Part shown: piece by piece, positions 8,639 to 18,171 of the stretch
How the letters are laid out: each line of letters begins with the position of its first letter
Numbering within the stretch: the stretch's first letter is position 1
From: Pseudomonadota bacterium
Lineage (GTDB): Bacteria > UBA10199 > 2-02-FULL-44-16 > JAAZCA01
Assembly (NCBI GenBank): GCA_043822785.1
Contig: JBDRBN010000051.1
Location: 1-25,448 of the forward strand
Length of the DNA: 25,448 nucleotides
Direction: 5' to 3'
Notes under the pieces: model-generated
What the model saw: the letters and a program-made list of their open reading frames with translations, nothing else
Told to the model about the DNA's origin: nothing
The model's database searches: none
Position numbers and translations under genes: made by a program

Positions 8639-11245
8639 ATGGGCAATAATATTAAAGACACATCATGGGTGGTTCTTAAATTCGGCGGCACGAGCGTATC
8701 AACGCTTAAGAATTGGCAGATCATTAAGTCTATTATAGAGGCGCGCTTGAAAGAGGGCAAAAGGCCTCTTGTGGTATGTTCTGCGTTTGCCGGAATATCA
8801 AACTTGCTTGAGAAGCTTCTTGAGACGGCATCTAAGGGAGCGCATGCTGATGTTTTTTGCGAGATACAGGGCCGACATCGCCAAATCGCATCAGAACTCG
8901 ATGTTGATTTAAAAACGGTAGAGCCATATTTTGATGAACTTTCAAAACTTGTCACCGGCATTTCTCTTACGCGTGAGGCAAGTCCACGACTTAGGGCGCA
9001 GGTGCTCTCTTATGGCGAGCTCTTATCCACACGCATTTGCAGCGCATATCTTGCAGCAAACAGCGTCTCAGTTGCCTGGCGTGATGCTAGAGATTTTCTT
9101 TTGTCAGTGGATGTTTCTGAAGCAAGCCAAAGCCAAAAATATCTTGTTGCAAGATGCGAATGCAATCTGGATGAAATTCTCAAAGAGCAGCTCAATGCAA
9201 TAACCGAACAGGTTGTACTGACCCAAGGTTTCATAGCCAGAGACAACGATGGCGATACAGTTCTTCTGGGCCGGGGCGGCTCAGACGTATCTGCTGCATA
9301 TTTTGCTTCAAAGCTGGGCGCTAGCAGGTGCGAGATCTGGACCGATGTGCCAGGCATGTTCACTGCAAACCCAAACCAAATTCCCAGGGCTAGGCTCTTA
9401 AAAACCCTCACATATGAAGAAGCGCAAGAATTGGCGTCTGCTGGCGCAAAGGTGCTGCATCCACGTTGCATAGCTCCGGTACGCAAGCAGTCTATTCCAC
9501 TTTACATATATAGTTTCACACATCCTGATCTAGAAGGCACGGTTATCTCAGCTGATGCTCAAAAGTCCGGTGCACAGGTCAAAGCTATTTCAGCAAGGCA
9601 CGGAGTAACGCTTATCTCCATGGAAACTGTGGAGATGTGGCACCAGGTGGGTTTTTTGGCCAGGGTGTTTGACTGTTTTAAGAAACACAATCTCTCTATA
9701 GATCTAGTCTCTACGTCTGAAACCAACGTAACAGTCACCTTAGATCGCGCTCAGAACTCGCTTGAGCCATCTGCGATGAAGGTGCTCAAGAGCGATCTTG
9801 AAAAATTTTGCCAAGTGCGCTCAATAGAATCATGCGCGCTTATTAGCCTTCTTGGCAGAAATATCCGCGCCATACTCCACAAGATAGCGCCGGCGCTTGA
9901 GGTGTTTGAGGAGCAGAAGATATATCTAGTAACCCAGGCTGCCAATGATCTGAACTTCACCTTTGTTGTGGACGAAGAGCAGGCAGACAAGCTGGTTTCA
10001 GAACTTCATAGCGAACTGTTCAGCAGGCGCTCAGATGATAATGTGCTTGGTCCCACGTGGCTTGAGCTAAATGCAAAACCTGAAGATGAAAAGGACAAAA
10101 CACATCTGCCGTGGTGGAAAAAGAGAAGGGCTGAGCTAATCGATTTAGCAAAGAATACATCTCCTCTTTATGTATATGATGAAGAGACTATCTTAAAGAG
10201 GGCATCAGCCCTAACTGCACTGAGTTCAGTTGATAAGGTTTTTTATTCAGTAAAGGCAAATGCGCACCCTGAAATATTGGCAGCGCTTTATGAATCAGGC
10301 CTTGGGTTTGAGTGCGTATCTCCTGGCGAGATAGACCATGTGATGCGCACTTTTCCCCACATCGATGCACAGCGTATCCTCTTCACGCCAAACTTTGCGC
10401 CACGTAAGGAGTATGAGCATGGCTTTGAAAAGGGCGTAAACGTTACCTTGGATAATCTTTATCCACTTGAGAAGTGGCCTGAGGTATTTCGTAATAAAGA
10501 GATATTTGTCCGCATAGATCCTGGTGAGGGCGAAGGCCACCACAAGTTTGTTAAGACCGCTGGCGCAAAATCCAAGTTTGGAGTTTCGGTGTTGCAGTTG
10601 GATGAGCTTTCAAATCTTCTTGAAAAATGTGGCGCCAAAGTAATTGGCCTTCATGCACATGCAGGCAGCAATATATTCACGCCTGATAAGTGGAGCAGCA
10701 CAGCAACATTTCTTGCCTCTGTGGCCAAGCGTTTTCCTGATGTTCGTTATTTAGATGTGGGCGGCGGACTTGGAGTTGTTGAGAAGCCTGGTCAAACTCC
10801 TCTGGATCTTGATGAAGTTGATGAAAATCTTAAAAAGGTCAAACAAGCACATCCTCAATATAAGCTCTGGATCGAACCTGGCAGGTATCTTGTTGCCACA
10901 GCCGGCGTGCTACTTGCAAAGGTCACGCAGACCAAACAAAAGGGTGAGTATCGCTATATAGGCGTGGATGCCGGTATGAATACGTTTATCAGACCTATGC
11001 TCTATGGCTCATTTCATGAGATCGTAAACCTGTCTCGTCTTGGAGAGAAATCATCTGGGCTTGCTAATATCGTGGGGCCCATCTGCGAGACCGGAGATGT
11101 GTTGGGCCATGAGCGCGCGATCGCTGATCCAACAGATGGTGATGTGCTTTTGATTGCCACAACAGGCGCCTATGGCAGGGTCATGAGTTCTGAGTACAAC
11201 CTCCGCCCACCTGCTGCCGAGCATTTTCTATGCTGCGCAAAGTGA
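8639..11245 (+). CDS. lysAC: Bifunctional aspartate kinase / diaminopimelate decarboxylase
   Basis: VLKFGGTSV, LGRGGSD, WTDVPG, GAKVLHP, two ACT domains, then YSVKAN (PLP Lys), SKFG, HAHAGS, DVGGG, EPGRY, GPICETGD, GAYG..MSS.YN. Start is GTG 8633 or ATG 8639. Confidence 0.95.
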   Translation: MGNNIKDTSWVVLKFGGTSVSTLKNWQIIKSIIEARLKEGKRPLVVCSAFAGISNLLEKLLETASKGAHADVFCEIQGRHRQIASELDVDLKTVEPYFDELSKLVTGISLTREASPRLRAQVLSYGELLSTRICSAYLAANSVSVAWRDARDFLLSVDVSEASQSQKYLVARCECNLDEILKEQLNAITEQVVLTQGFIARDNDGDTVLLGRGGSDVSAAYFASKLGASRCEIWTDVPGMFTANPNQIPRARLLKTLTYEEAQELASAGAKVLHPRCIAPVRKQSIPLYIYSFTHPDLEGTVISADAQKSGAQVKAISARHGVTLISMETVEMWHQVGFLARVFDCFKKHNLSIDLVSTSETNVTVTLDRAQNSLEPSAMKVLKSDLEKFCQVRSIESCALISLLGRNIRAILHKIAPALEVFEEQKIYLVTQAANDLNFTFVVDEEQADKLVSELHSELFSRRSDDNVLGPTWLELNAKPEDEKDKTHLPWWKKRRAELIDLAKNTSPLYVYDEETILKRASALTALSSVDKVFYSVKANAHPEILAALYESGLGFECVSPGEIDHVMRTFPHIDAQRILFTPNFAPRKEYEHGFEKGVNVTLDNLYPLEKWPEVFRNKEIFVRIDPGEGEGHHKFVKTAGAKSKFGVSVLQLDELSNLLEKCGAKVIGLHAHAGSNIFTPDKWSSTATFLASVAKRFPDVRYLDVGGGLGVVEKPGQTPLDLDEVDENLKKVKQAHPQYKLWIEPGRYLVATAGVLLAKVTQTKQKGEYRYIGVDAGMNTFIRPMLYGSFHEIVNLSRLGEKSSGLANIVGPICETGDVLGHERAIADPTDGDVLLIATTGAYGRVMSSEYNLRPPAAEHFLCCAK

Positions 11246-13628
11246 GGGCGGCGAGGACGTAGAATACCACAGCTGCAGTGATCACAGCAGAAAATCCAAA
11301 ATGAATGGCGATGAGTGTGGCGATCATCGGGCTTATTACCGATGCGCATCCGTTTATACCCCATGCCCAGGGGATGAGTGATGTGTTCATCTCGCCGGCG
11401 AGCGTTAGGCCGATAGGAAAGGGCATGCCCATAAAAAACGCCAACGGCGCGATGAGCGCAATTGATATTGCTATCCTGTAACCATCATCCATCCACATAA
11501 ACATCGCAAATATGTCAGGCATGAATTTGACGTAGATCAACGAGATGGTAACTATCGCGAGCACTGCGATTAGCACTGTCCTTCTTCCCAAGTGCAGATA
11601 AACCCACCTTGATGCGCCGCTCCCTAGCCCGGCAAAAATGAGAAACGCGGCGATCACGACTGCAATTGCATAGAGCGGATGGCCCAAAAATAAAATAAAG
11701 CGCTGGATGAATGCGATCTCCACAAAAAGAAACGCTAGGCCGAGACAAGTGAAGTAAAAGAATACGCGTGCTTTTGAGCGAGGCCTTTGTTCACCAGACC
11801 CAAGCTTAATAAGTGGTACAAGGATCAGCAGGATGCTAAGCGCCACAGCCTGCACAAGCGTTGCTATAAGAATTGGATAACCCCATTCCATAAGAGGCGC
11901 GCCGCCCATGCCCCTAAGCTTAATGATTTCAGGCAGCGTGCTCCACTTGAAGAAGTTGAAGAAGTAGGGCTTATCATCTGTTGCTGGGGTTATGTGATAT
12001 TTATAACGCTCAACGTAATCTGCGCGCGCGTCACTTAGAAGCGCCAAAGCACCATCAAACAAATAAGGCTCATTTAATATATTGAACTGGTTTGCCTGCT
12101 TTTCATCTATGCCTGGAAAATACGCTGTATCAAATGCGCGCTTCTTGCAGAACTCTTGAATGGTTTTGATCTCATCAGCAGTAAAATCTCCGTTCTTAAC
12201 GAGCAGAGTCGATGTCTTCCAGCTGCGGATCATGGCAAGCCTAAGCCCGGGATTTGAAACACCGGAATCTTTCAGCGCATCAATGGCTGTGGCAAAGAGC
12301 TTTAGGCTATCGCGCGGAGGTATTTTGAACCAGCGGGTGATAGCTAGAATTCCGCCTGGTTTGAGTCTTTCAAAATATTCCTCAAAAGCTTCGACTGTGT
12401 ACAAATAGCTTTCGTTTAACGCATAAAGCCCAGCTGATGAAGCAGCAAAAGAATCCAAGAGCGCGACTTGAATCAGATCATAAGTATCGGCAATCGATGA
12501 GACAAAGCGCCTTGCATCAGCCACGTACTGTGTGATGCCTTCTCTAGCGAATATGTTGCCTGCGAACTCGGCATATGTATCAGTTACAAGCTCTGCTATT
12601 TGCGGATTCAACTCTACTGCATCCACGCTCTTTGCGTTAAAGTGCATGGCTTCAAGCACATCAGCCCCACCGCCAGATCCCAGTATGAGCACATCTGGTG
12701 AGACTAAAAGATGATAGGGCAGGGCTTGCGTGAGCGCATCTGTGTATGCGAGCTCCTTCTGATCGCCAGTAAAGCGGGTGATAGCTGTAAGCGAATCCGC
12801 GTCAATAAATATGCCCAGCTGCTCTGGAACTTCGGCTTTGCTCATGACACTAAGCCCTGGCGCATGGCGAAATGGAATGCCCAGGCTTTTTACCACGGCA
12901 ATCTGTCCCAATGGACTTGATCGTTCTTCGATAATTTCAGTTTCAGGAATAAGAAGTGCTTTGGGCAGACCTTTATACTGTGAAACTTCGAGTTCGTGAG
13001 GGGAATATGACCAGAGAAAAAAGGCTGCAACGGCACAGGCCAGAAAGCCTGCTGCAAATGCATATTTTCTGCCAAGGTCTTTATCCAAAGTTGCAACAGA
13101 TGCAGCTATTAATGCCAAAGCAGCAATAACTCCAAGACACGATGCAGGAAAGATGCGGTATAGGATGATGACTATGCCAATGGCTCCGAGCCCTGCGCCC
13201 ACCAGATCAAAGAGATATATGCGGCCGATCCTGTGTTTAAATTTCATAAACGCAAGGCCAATGCAGTTGGCTGCGCAGAAAAACGGAATCATGAGAAACA
13301 AATACATGAAGAACAGGCGAATAAACTGGCGCGCATCCCAAACTATTTCTAATGCGTTGAAACGCACGTACTCTGCTAAGAGAAAGCCGACAATAGAGAA
13401 GATGCCAAACAGGGCAGCGTTTGTGAGGTAAGCCTTGCTGAAATTGCGAAGCAGCGCATCCTTTGCAAGGGTAAGAAACGTGCCGCTCGCTCCATAGCCG
13501 AGCAGAGCAAGGCTTATGACCATGTAAGCAAAGTGGTGCCACTGAATAATCGAGATGAGCCGCATGAGAAGTATTTCATAGCTGATTGCGGCAGCAGATA
13601 TGAGAGCAATGGAAATTATTAGATACAT
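11181..13628 (-). CDS. Membrane-embedded SAM-dependent methyltransferase / spermidine-synthase-like protein
   Basis: TM blocks on both sides of a Rossmann domain (VLILGSGGGAD, AVELNPQI, ADARRFV, YDLIQ, ESYLYTVEAF), plus ATDDKPYF, GMPFP and WAWGING motifs. Likely start MYLII at 13628; the ORF-track extension runs through a palindromic element. Confidence 0.88.
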   Translation of the reverse strand: MYLIISIALISAAAISYEILLMRLISIIQWHHFAYMVISLALLGYGASGTFLTLAKDALLRNFSKAYLTNAALFGIFSIVGFLLAEYVRFNALEIVWDARQFIRLFFMYLFLMIPFFCAANCIGLAFMKFKHRIGRIYLFDLVGAGLGAIGIVIILYRIFPASCLGVIAALALIAASVATLDKDLGRKYAFAAGFLACAVAAFFLWSYSPHELEVSQYKGLPKALLIPETEIIEERSSPLGQIAVVKSLGIPFRHAPGLSVMSKAEVPEQLGIFIDADSLTAITRFTGDQKELAYTDALTQALPYHLLVSPDVLILGSGGGADVLEAMHFNAKSVDAVELNPQIAELVTDTYAEFAGNIFAREGITQYVADARRFVSSIADTYDLIQVALLDSFAASSAGLYALNESYLYTVEAFEEYFERLKPGGILAITRWFKIPPRDSLKLFATAIDALKDSGVSNPGLRLAMIRSWKTSTLLVKNGDFTADEIKTIQEFCKKRAFDTAYFPGIDEKQANQFNILNEPYLFDGALALLSDARADYVERYKYHITPATDDKPYFFNFFKWSTLPEIIKLRGMGGAPLMEWGYPILIATLVQAVALSILLILVPLIKLGSGEQRPRSKARVFFYFTCLGLAFLFVEIAFIQRFILFLGHPLYAIAVVIAAFLIFAGLGSGASRWVYLHLGRRTVLIAVLAIVTISLIYVKFMPDIFAMFMWMDDGYRIAISIALIAPLAFFMGMPFPIGLTLAGEMNTSLIPWAWGINGCASVISPMIATLIAIHFGFSAVITAAVVFYVLAALTLRSIENARQQVGGGCTQNS

Positions 13629-13638
13629 GAGTTCTTGA

Positions 13639-13717
13639 GATCCTTCGACTACGCCCCGTACCGACCGGTACGGGGCTTCGCTCAGGATGAGGGGTCGGAA
13701 AAATTTCCGACCCCTCA
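13639..13717. repeat. Palindromic intergenic element (family B: GATCCTTCGACT...CTTCGCTCAGGATGA plus terminal hairpin)
   Basis: Two hairpins; homologous to 22638-22715. Confidence 0.85.
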
Positions 13718-13719
13718 CA

Positions 13720-14559
13720 TTAGTGTTTCCCTGCAAGTGGAACAAATCGCACTGGAAGCACCTGCTTGATTGTAAGCTTACCTTTTTTATCTTTTTCCAC
13801 TAGCATGAGGTGTTGAGTTTGAAACGCGCTGCCGATCGGTATTATCATTTTTCCGCCTGGTTTTAATTGTGAAATTAATGGAGGAGGTATTTGGCCAGCA
13901 GCTGCGGTTACTATGATGCCATCAAAAGGTGCTGCCTTTTTTAAGCCATAATAGCCATCGCCCTCGAGCACTGTCACATTCGAATAGCCCAATTGTTTGA
14001 GCCTTGTCTTAGCTTCTTCTGCGAGCTCTGGAATAATCTCGATGGTGTATACGTGCTTTACGAGCTTTGAGAGGATCGCAGCCTGATAACCAGAACCTGT
14101 TCCTACTTCAAACACCACGTCATCCTTGTCCACATCCAAAAGATCGGTCATGAGCGCCACTATATAAGGTTGAGAGATGGTCTGGCCATAGCCAATAGGA
14201 AGGGGGCGGTTTTCATATGCAAAGAGCCAAAGGGCCTTAGACACAAAATCCTCTCTTGGCACAAGGTTCATGGCTTCAAGAACGCTTTCATTCAGCTTTT
14301 CTTTGCCAATATAATGGCTTGTAAGCCGCACATCCTCTTTGATCTCATTTATGAGAGCCTGTCGTTTTGCTGCATACTTATCTTTTGCAGCCAAAGGCGT
14401 GGCAAGAAGGAGGATTAATACAATGGTAGGTAAGATTTTATTTAACAGATGGGCGCCTTTAATAACTCGCCGGCTGTCATTGCGAGGAGTGTAAGCGACG
14501 AAGCAATCCCCTGAAATTGATGAGAGTGCTTCGCTCCCGTTAGTCGCTCGCAATGACAT
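13720..14559 (-). CDS. pcm: Protein-L-isoaspartate O-methyltransferase with an N-terminal signal-like segment
   Basis: VPREDF, AYENRPLPIGYGQTISQPYIVALM, FEVGTGSGYQAA, GDGYYG, APFDGIIVTAA, QLKPGG, VRFVPL. True start uncertain: the ATG at 14559 lies in a palindromic element. Confidence 0.93.
   Translation of the reverse strand: MSLRATNGSEALSSISGDCFVAYTPRNDSRRVIKGAHLLNKILPTIVLILLLATPLAAKDKYAAKRQALINEIKEDVRLTSHYIGKEKLNESVLEAMNLVPREDFVSKALWLFAYENRPLPIGYGQTISQPYIVALMTDLLDVDKDDVVFEVGTGSGYQAAILSKLVKHVYTIEIIPELAEEAKTRLKQLGYSNVTVLEGDGYYGLKKAAPFDGIIVTAAAGQIPPPLISQLKPGGKMIIPIGSAFQTQHLMLVEKDKKGKLTIKQVLPVRFVPLAGKH
14475..14558. repeat. Palindromic element (family A: TGTCATTGCGAG...GAAGCA...TGCTTC...CTCGCAATGACA), RPE/REP-like
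   Basis: 12-bp perfect terminal inverted repeat. The left arm matches the reverse complement of the right arm of 16884-16988 with 2 mismatches in 34 nt. Confidence 0.9.
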
Positions 14560-14603
14560 ATTGACTAAAAATCAGACGGAGACAGCTAAGTCAATCTTCT
14601 ATG

Positions 14604-15458
14604 AATTCTGCCTGGCATCAGTGATCTTCACCCTCTAACCTGTGGAGAGTAAAGAGCTTTTTTGAGGCCTATTCCAACATCGAAAAACTCGCACCAATGG
14701 TGCGAGAAATCGGATGGACTCACAATCTCATTATCATGGAAAAGTGCAAGGACAACCTAGAGAGGGAGTTCTACATCCGAATGACCCGCCGTATGGGATG
14801 GACCAAGAATGTCCTCATCCATCAGATCGCGAACCAGAGCTACGAAAAAACGCTCATTAGTCAAACAAATTTCGACAAATCAATTCCGGAGGAAATCAAA
14901 AACCAAGCCAAGCTTGCGGTGAAGGATGAATATACGTTCGATTTCTTGGAGATGGGTGAAGATCACATGGAGCACGAACTGGAACAAGCTCTCATGACGA
15001 GAATGGATCAATTCCTAAGGGAAATGGGCGGGCATCTCGCCTTCATCGGCAGTCAGTATCGTCTAGAAGTGAGTGACAAGGAATACTTCATTGACATACT
15101 GTTGTACCATCGACATCTGAATTGTTTGCTAGCTCTGGAGCTCAAAGTTGGAGAGTTCAAACCTGAATATGTAGGAAAGATGCAATTCTATCTCGCAGTA
15201 TTAGATGAGAGAGTAAAGACCGAGACCGAGAATCCTTCAATCGGGATCATCGTGTGCAAGACAAAGGATAAAATAATTGTGGAATATGCACTTAAGGAAT
15301 CCAACAGGCCGATCGGCGTTTCATCCTATGCGGTTGGCCCTAAACTCCCCAAAGAACTGCAAAAGGAACTTCCTTCTCCAAAACAAGTGGCCAAGTTACT
15401 TGAGGGCATTTAAGCGATCTTTTGTGAGACAGTTCCATGCATTAATTCTGCCTGGCAT
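14604..15458 (+). repeat. 15-bp direct repeat AATTCTGCCTGGCAT at 14604-14618 and 15444-15458, flanking the YhcG fragment
   Basis: Exact match; both copies have GAGACAG a short distance upstream. Confidence 0.85.
14625..15413 (+). pseudogene. 5'-truncated YhcG/DUF1016 PD-(D/E)XK nuclease family gene
   Basis: IGWTHN, REFYI, KDEYTFDFL, FIGSQYRL, FIDILLYHR, ELKVGEFKPEYVGKMQFYL, NPSIGII. Homology continues upstream of the ATG at 14697 (SPSNLWRVKSFFEAY) up to TGA 14622-14624, so the N-terminus is missing. Confidence 0.85.
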
Positions 15459-15529
15459 ATATGAATATCTACTAAAAACCCAATAAAATCAGTTGACTAT
15501 GTGGTCTCCGTCTGCATTTATACGCGTCC

Positions 15530-16873
15530 ATGGATACTTATGAGAGACAAAAGCTATTAGGCTCCAAGTGGGAGTGTGAATGCGGTACAACTCATGATGT
15601 ACCTGTGCGAGAGGCTATAATCGAGCCAGGTGCAATCGATGGGTTGCCTGATGTGATGCGCAGACAAAATCTGTCTGGCCCAGTGTTCTTAATAGCTGAT
15701 GAGAATACGCATCATGTGGCAGGTGAAAAGGTAGCTTCACGACTCGGCAAAGCCGGCTTCAAGGTGATCCCCCATGTGCTAAAAGGCCGCCCCATCGCCT
15801 ATGTAAGCCAGGCTGATGAAGTTGCATCCAGCGTGCCGGGGGACGCTGCCACAATCATCTCTTGTGGTTCTGGCACAATAACCGATTTTGGCAAGTGGTC
15901 TGCATTTAAGAAGGGTCTTCCATTTGTGGCAGTAGCTACTGCTCCTTCTATGAATGGGTATGCATCAGGTATTGCTGCATTGGTGAAGGATGGGCTCAAG
16001 GCCACAACGCCTGTCAAACCAGCAGTTGCAGTAATCGCTGATCTAGATGTTTTGTGCCAGGCACCCATGGATATGATTCGATCAGGCCTTGGCGATGTTT
16101 TGTCAAAGCCTGTGTGCAATGCAGACTGGCGCCTGGCTACGCTCGTAAGAGGGGGCACATTTTGCAAACGGCCTTTTGAGCTGATTCGCGACCTTGAAGA
16201 CACCTACATAAGCAGGGCCCATCTTATTGCCGATCGCGATCCTGAGGCCATACGCGCTCTTACAGAGGCTTTGGTGTTCTCTGGCATTTCCATGCTCATG
16301 GCAGGCAGCTCTTCTCCAGCATCAGGGGGCGAGCATCTTATATCGCATGTCTTAGACATGAGGGCATATGAGAAGGGCAAGATACCAGAATTTCATGGCG
16401 TTCAAGTGGGAGTGGGCACAGTTGCCACAGCCAGGCTCTATGAGATGATAATGAATACAGAGGCAGATTCGATTGATCGCTCTGCATTGCAATCCGTATG
16501 GGAACGCGGCGAAGAAGCATTAGCCCGCTGTCGCAATTTCTTTGGCAAGGCAGCACCAGCTATTGAAACCGAGTTTAGAAAAAAGCATGCGTCTAAAAGA
16601 GGGGTGTCTGAAGAGACAATAAAAATCATTAATGAGTGGGAGAGAATAAAGGATGCAGTGTCACCATATCTTAGATCGCCAAAAGACATACGAGATATTC
16701 TAAAAGCTGCAGGGGCTAAGAGTTCGTACGATGATCTTGGCATTAAGCAACCTGTTTTTAGAGAAATCCTTTTGCTCGCTGTGTGCGTGCGCAACAGGTA
16801 CACAGTTCTTGATCTGGCATTTACAGCCGGACTGCTAGATGTTTGGGCAGATGCGATGGTGGCGGAGAAATGA
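15530..16873 (+). CDS. sn-glycerol-1-phosphate dehydrogenase (bacterial AraM/EgsA family)
   Basis: N-terminal CECGTTH, ADENT, GSGTITDFGK, ATAPSMNGYAS, SGLGDVLSK, SSPASGGEHLISH, FHGVQVG. Confidence 0.88.
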   Translation: MDTYERQKLLGSKWECECGTTHDVPVREAIIEPGAIDGLPDVMRRQNLSGPVFLIADENTHHVAGEKVASRLGKAGFKVIPHVLKGRPIAYVSQADEVASSVPGDAATIISCGSGTITDFGKWSAFKKGLPFVAVATAPSMNGYASGIAALVKDGLKATTPVKPAVAVIADLDVLCQAPMDMIRSGLGDVLSKPVCNADWRLATLVRGGTFCKRPFELIRDLEDTYISRAHLIADRDPEAIRALTEALVFSGISMLMAGSSSPASGGEHLISHVLDMRAYEKGKIPEFHGVQVGVGTVATARLYEMIMNTEADSIDRSALQSVWERGEEALARCRNFFGKAAPAIETEFRKKHASKRGVSEETIKIINEWERIKDAVSPYLRSPKDIRDILKAAGAKSSYDDLGIKQPVFREILLLAVCVRNRYTVLDLAFTAGLLDVWADAMVAEK

Positions 16874-16883
16874 GCACATGTTG

Positions 16884-16988
16884 TGTCATTGCGAGCAAAG
16901 GCCCGTAATACGGGCCGAAGCGAAGCAATCTCCTGAAAAAAATTGCTTTAAGGAGATTGCTTCGTCGCATACGCTCCTCGCAATGACA
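16884..16988. repeat. Palindromic element (family A) with extra internal hairpin GGCCCGTAATACGGGCC
   Basis: TGTCATTGCGAG/CTCGCAATGACA termini; inner GAAGCAATCTCCT/AGGAGATTGCTTC stem. Confidence 0.9.
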
Positions 16989-17000
16989 GAGGAACGATCC

Positions 17001-18020
17001 ATGTTACCAGCAATAACCGACATAGCATTACATAGCCTAAAAAAGGCAGTAGTTGATCTTGGTCTTAAGCCCTATGCTGCCACACAGCTTGTGCAATGGC
17101 TCTATAGCAAACGCGCAAAATCCTTTGATGACGTGACTGATGTGTCAAAGGAAGGCCGCAAACTTCTAAAGGAACGCTATGAGATCTCTGCTGTAGAGAT
17201 TGTGGGCGAGCAGAAGGCATCTGACGGCACGCTCAAGCTTTTGTGCAAGGCGCATGATGGCAAGTGCGTGGAATGCGTTCTCATACCGGCTCTAGATGGC
17301 CGCACTACTGCATGTCTGTCCACACAAGTGGGCTGCGCCATGAAATGCGCGTTTTGCCGCACAGCTAGCATGGGTTTTGTACGCAATCTCACGTTGGGCG
17401 AAATCACAGGTCAGCTCATACTGCTCGCGCGCGCTTCTTCTACACCCATCACAAACGTCGTTTTCATGGGCATGGGCGAGCCGCTTGCCAATATGGAAGC
17501 AGTGGAGAATGCTATAGCTGTTTTCCGAAACGAGAAAGCTTTTGGTCTTTCCAAGAGGCGCATCACTGTTTCTACCTGTGGTCTTATTCCTGAACTAAAG
17601 AAATTTTGCGAGCGCAATGATGTAAAGGCGGCCATCTCACTTAACGCAACTACAGATGATGTGCGAACTAAACTCATGCCCATCAATAAGCAATGGCCCA
17701 TTGCTAAGATAATGAATTTTAGCCGTGAGTACAGCAAACGCTCTCGCTATCGCGTAACATTTGAATATGTGATGATCAAAGGCATGAATGATAGCGAGGA
17801 TGATGCAAAGAGGCTTATAAAACTTCTTCATGGCGTGCGCGCTAAAGTGAACCTCATACCCTTTAACTCATATGAGTCATCAAAATTCAAAGCACCTCTT
17901 GAAAACACACTGGATTGGTGGAGTGATTTTCTGCGCGAGAAGGGCATTCAGGTAAATATCAGGGCAAGCCGCGGTCAGGAGATACTCGCAGCCTGCGGCC
18001 AGTTAGCTGCTAAATGCTAA
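17001..18020 (+). CDS. rlmN: 23S rRNA m2A2503 / tRNA methyltransferase, radical SAM
   Basis: CLSTQVGCAMKCAFCRT, NVVFMGMGEP, ITVSTCG, ISLNA, FEYVMI..NDS, VNLIPFN, RGQEILAACGQL. ATG 17001 has AGAGGA upstream. Confidence 0.96.
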   Translation: MLPAITDIALHSLKKAVVDLGLKPYAATQLVQWLYSKRAKSFDDVTDVSKEGRKLLKERYEISAVEIVGEQKASDGTLKLLCKAHDGKCVECVLIPALDGRTTACLSTQVGCAMKCAFCRTASMGFVRNLTLGEITGQLILLARASSTPITNVVFMGMGEPLANMEAVENAIAVFRNEKAFGLSKRRITVSTCGLIPELKKFCERNDVKAAISLNATTDDVRTKLMPINKQWPIAKIMNFSREYSKRSRYRVTFEYVMIKGMNDSEDDAKRLIKLLHGVRAKVNLIPFNSYESSKFKAPLENTLDWWSDFLREKGIQVNIRASRGQEILAACGQLAAKC

Positions 18021-18039
18021 GACTCTTGACTTGCATGTG

Positions 18040-18097
18040 GCGAGAAAGGCGAGACACGCGAGAAATGCGAGAAACGTAAGACACGTTGCTTGCGTTT
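18040..18097 (+). repeat. Five degenerate 9-mers (GCGAGAAAC-like) followed by an inverted unit
   Basis: GCGAGAAAG GCGAGACAC GCGAGAAAT GCGAGAAAC GTAAGACAC, then CGTTGCTTGCGTTT. Confidence 0.85.
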
Positions 18098-18171
18098 TCA
18101 AATCCTTGATTATACATCTGAATTGTGCTTAAAGCAGCATTCACCACGCAGCTCCCAAGGAGGGCAATACA

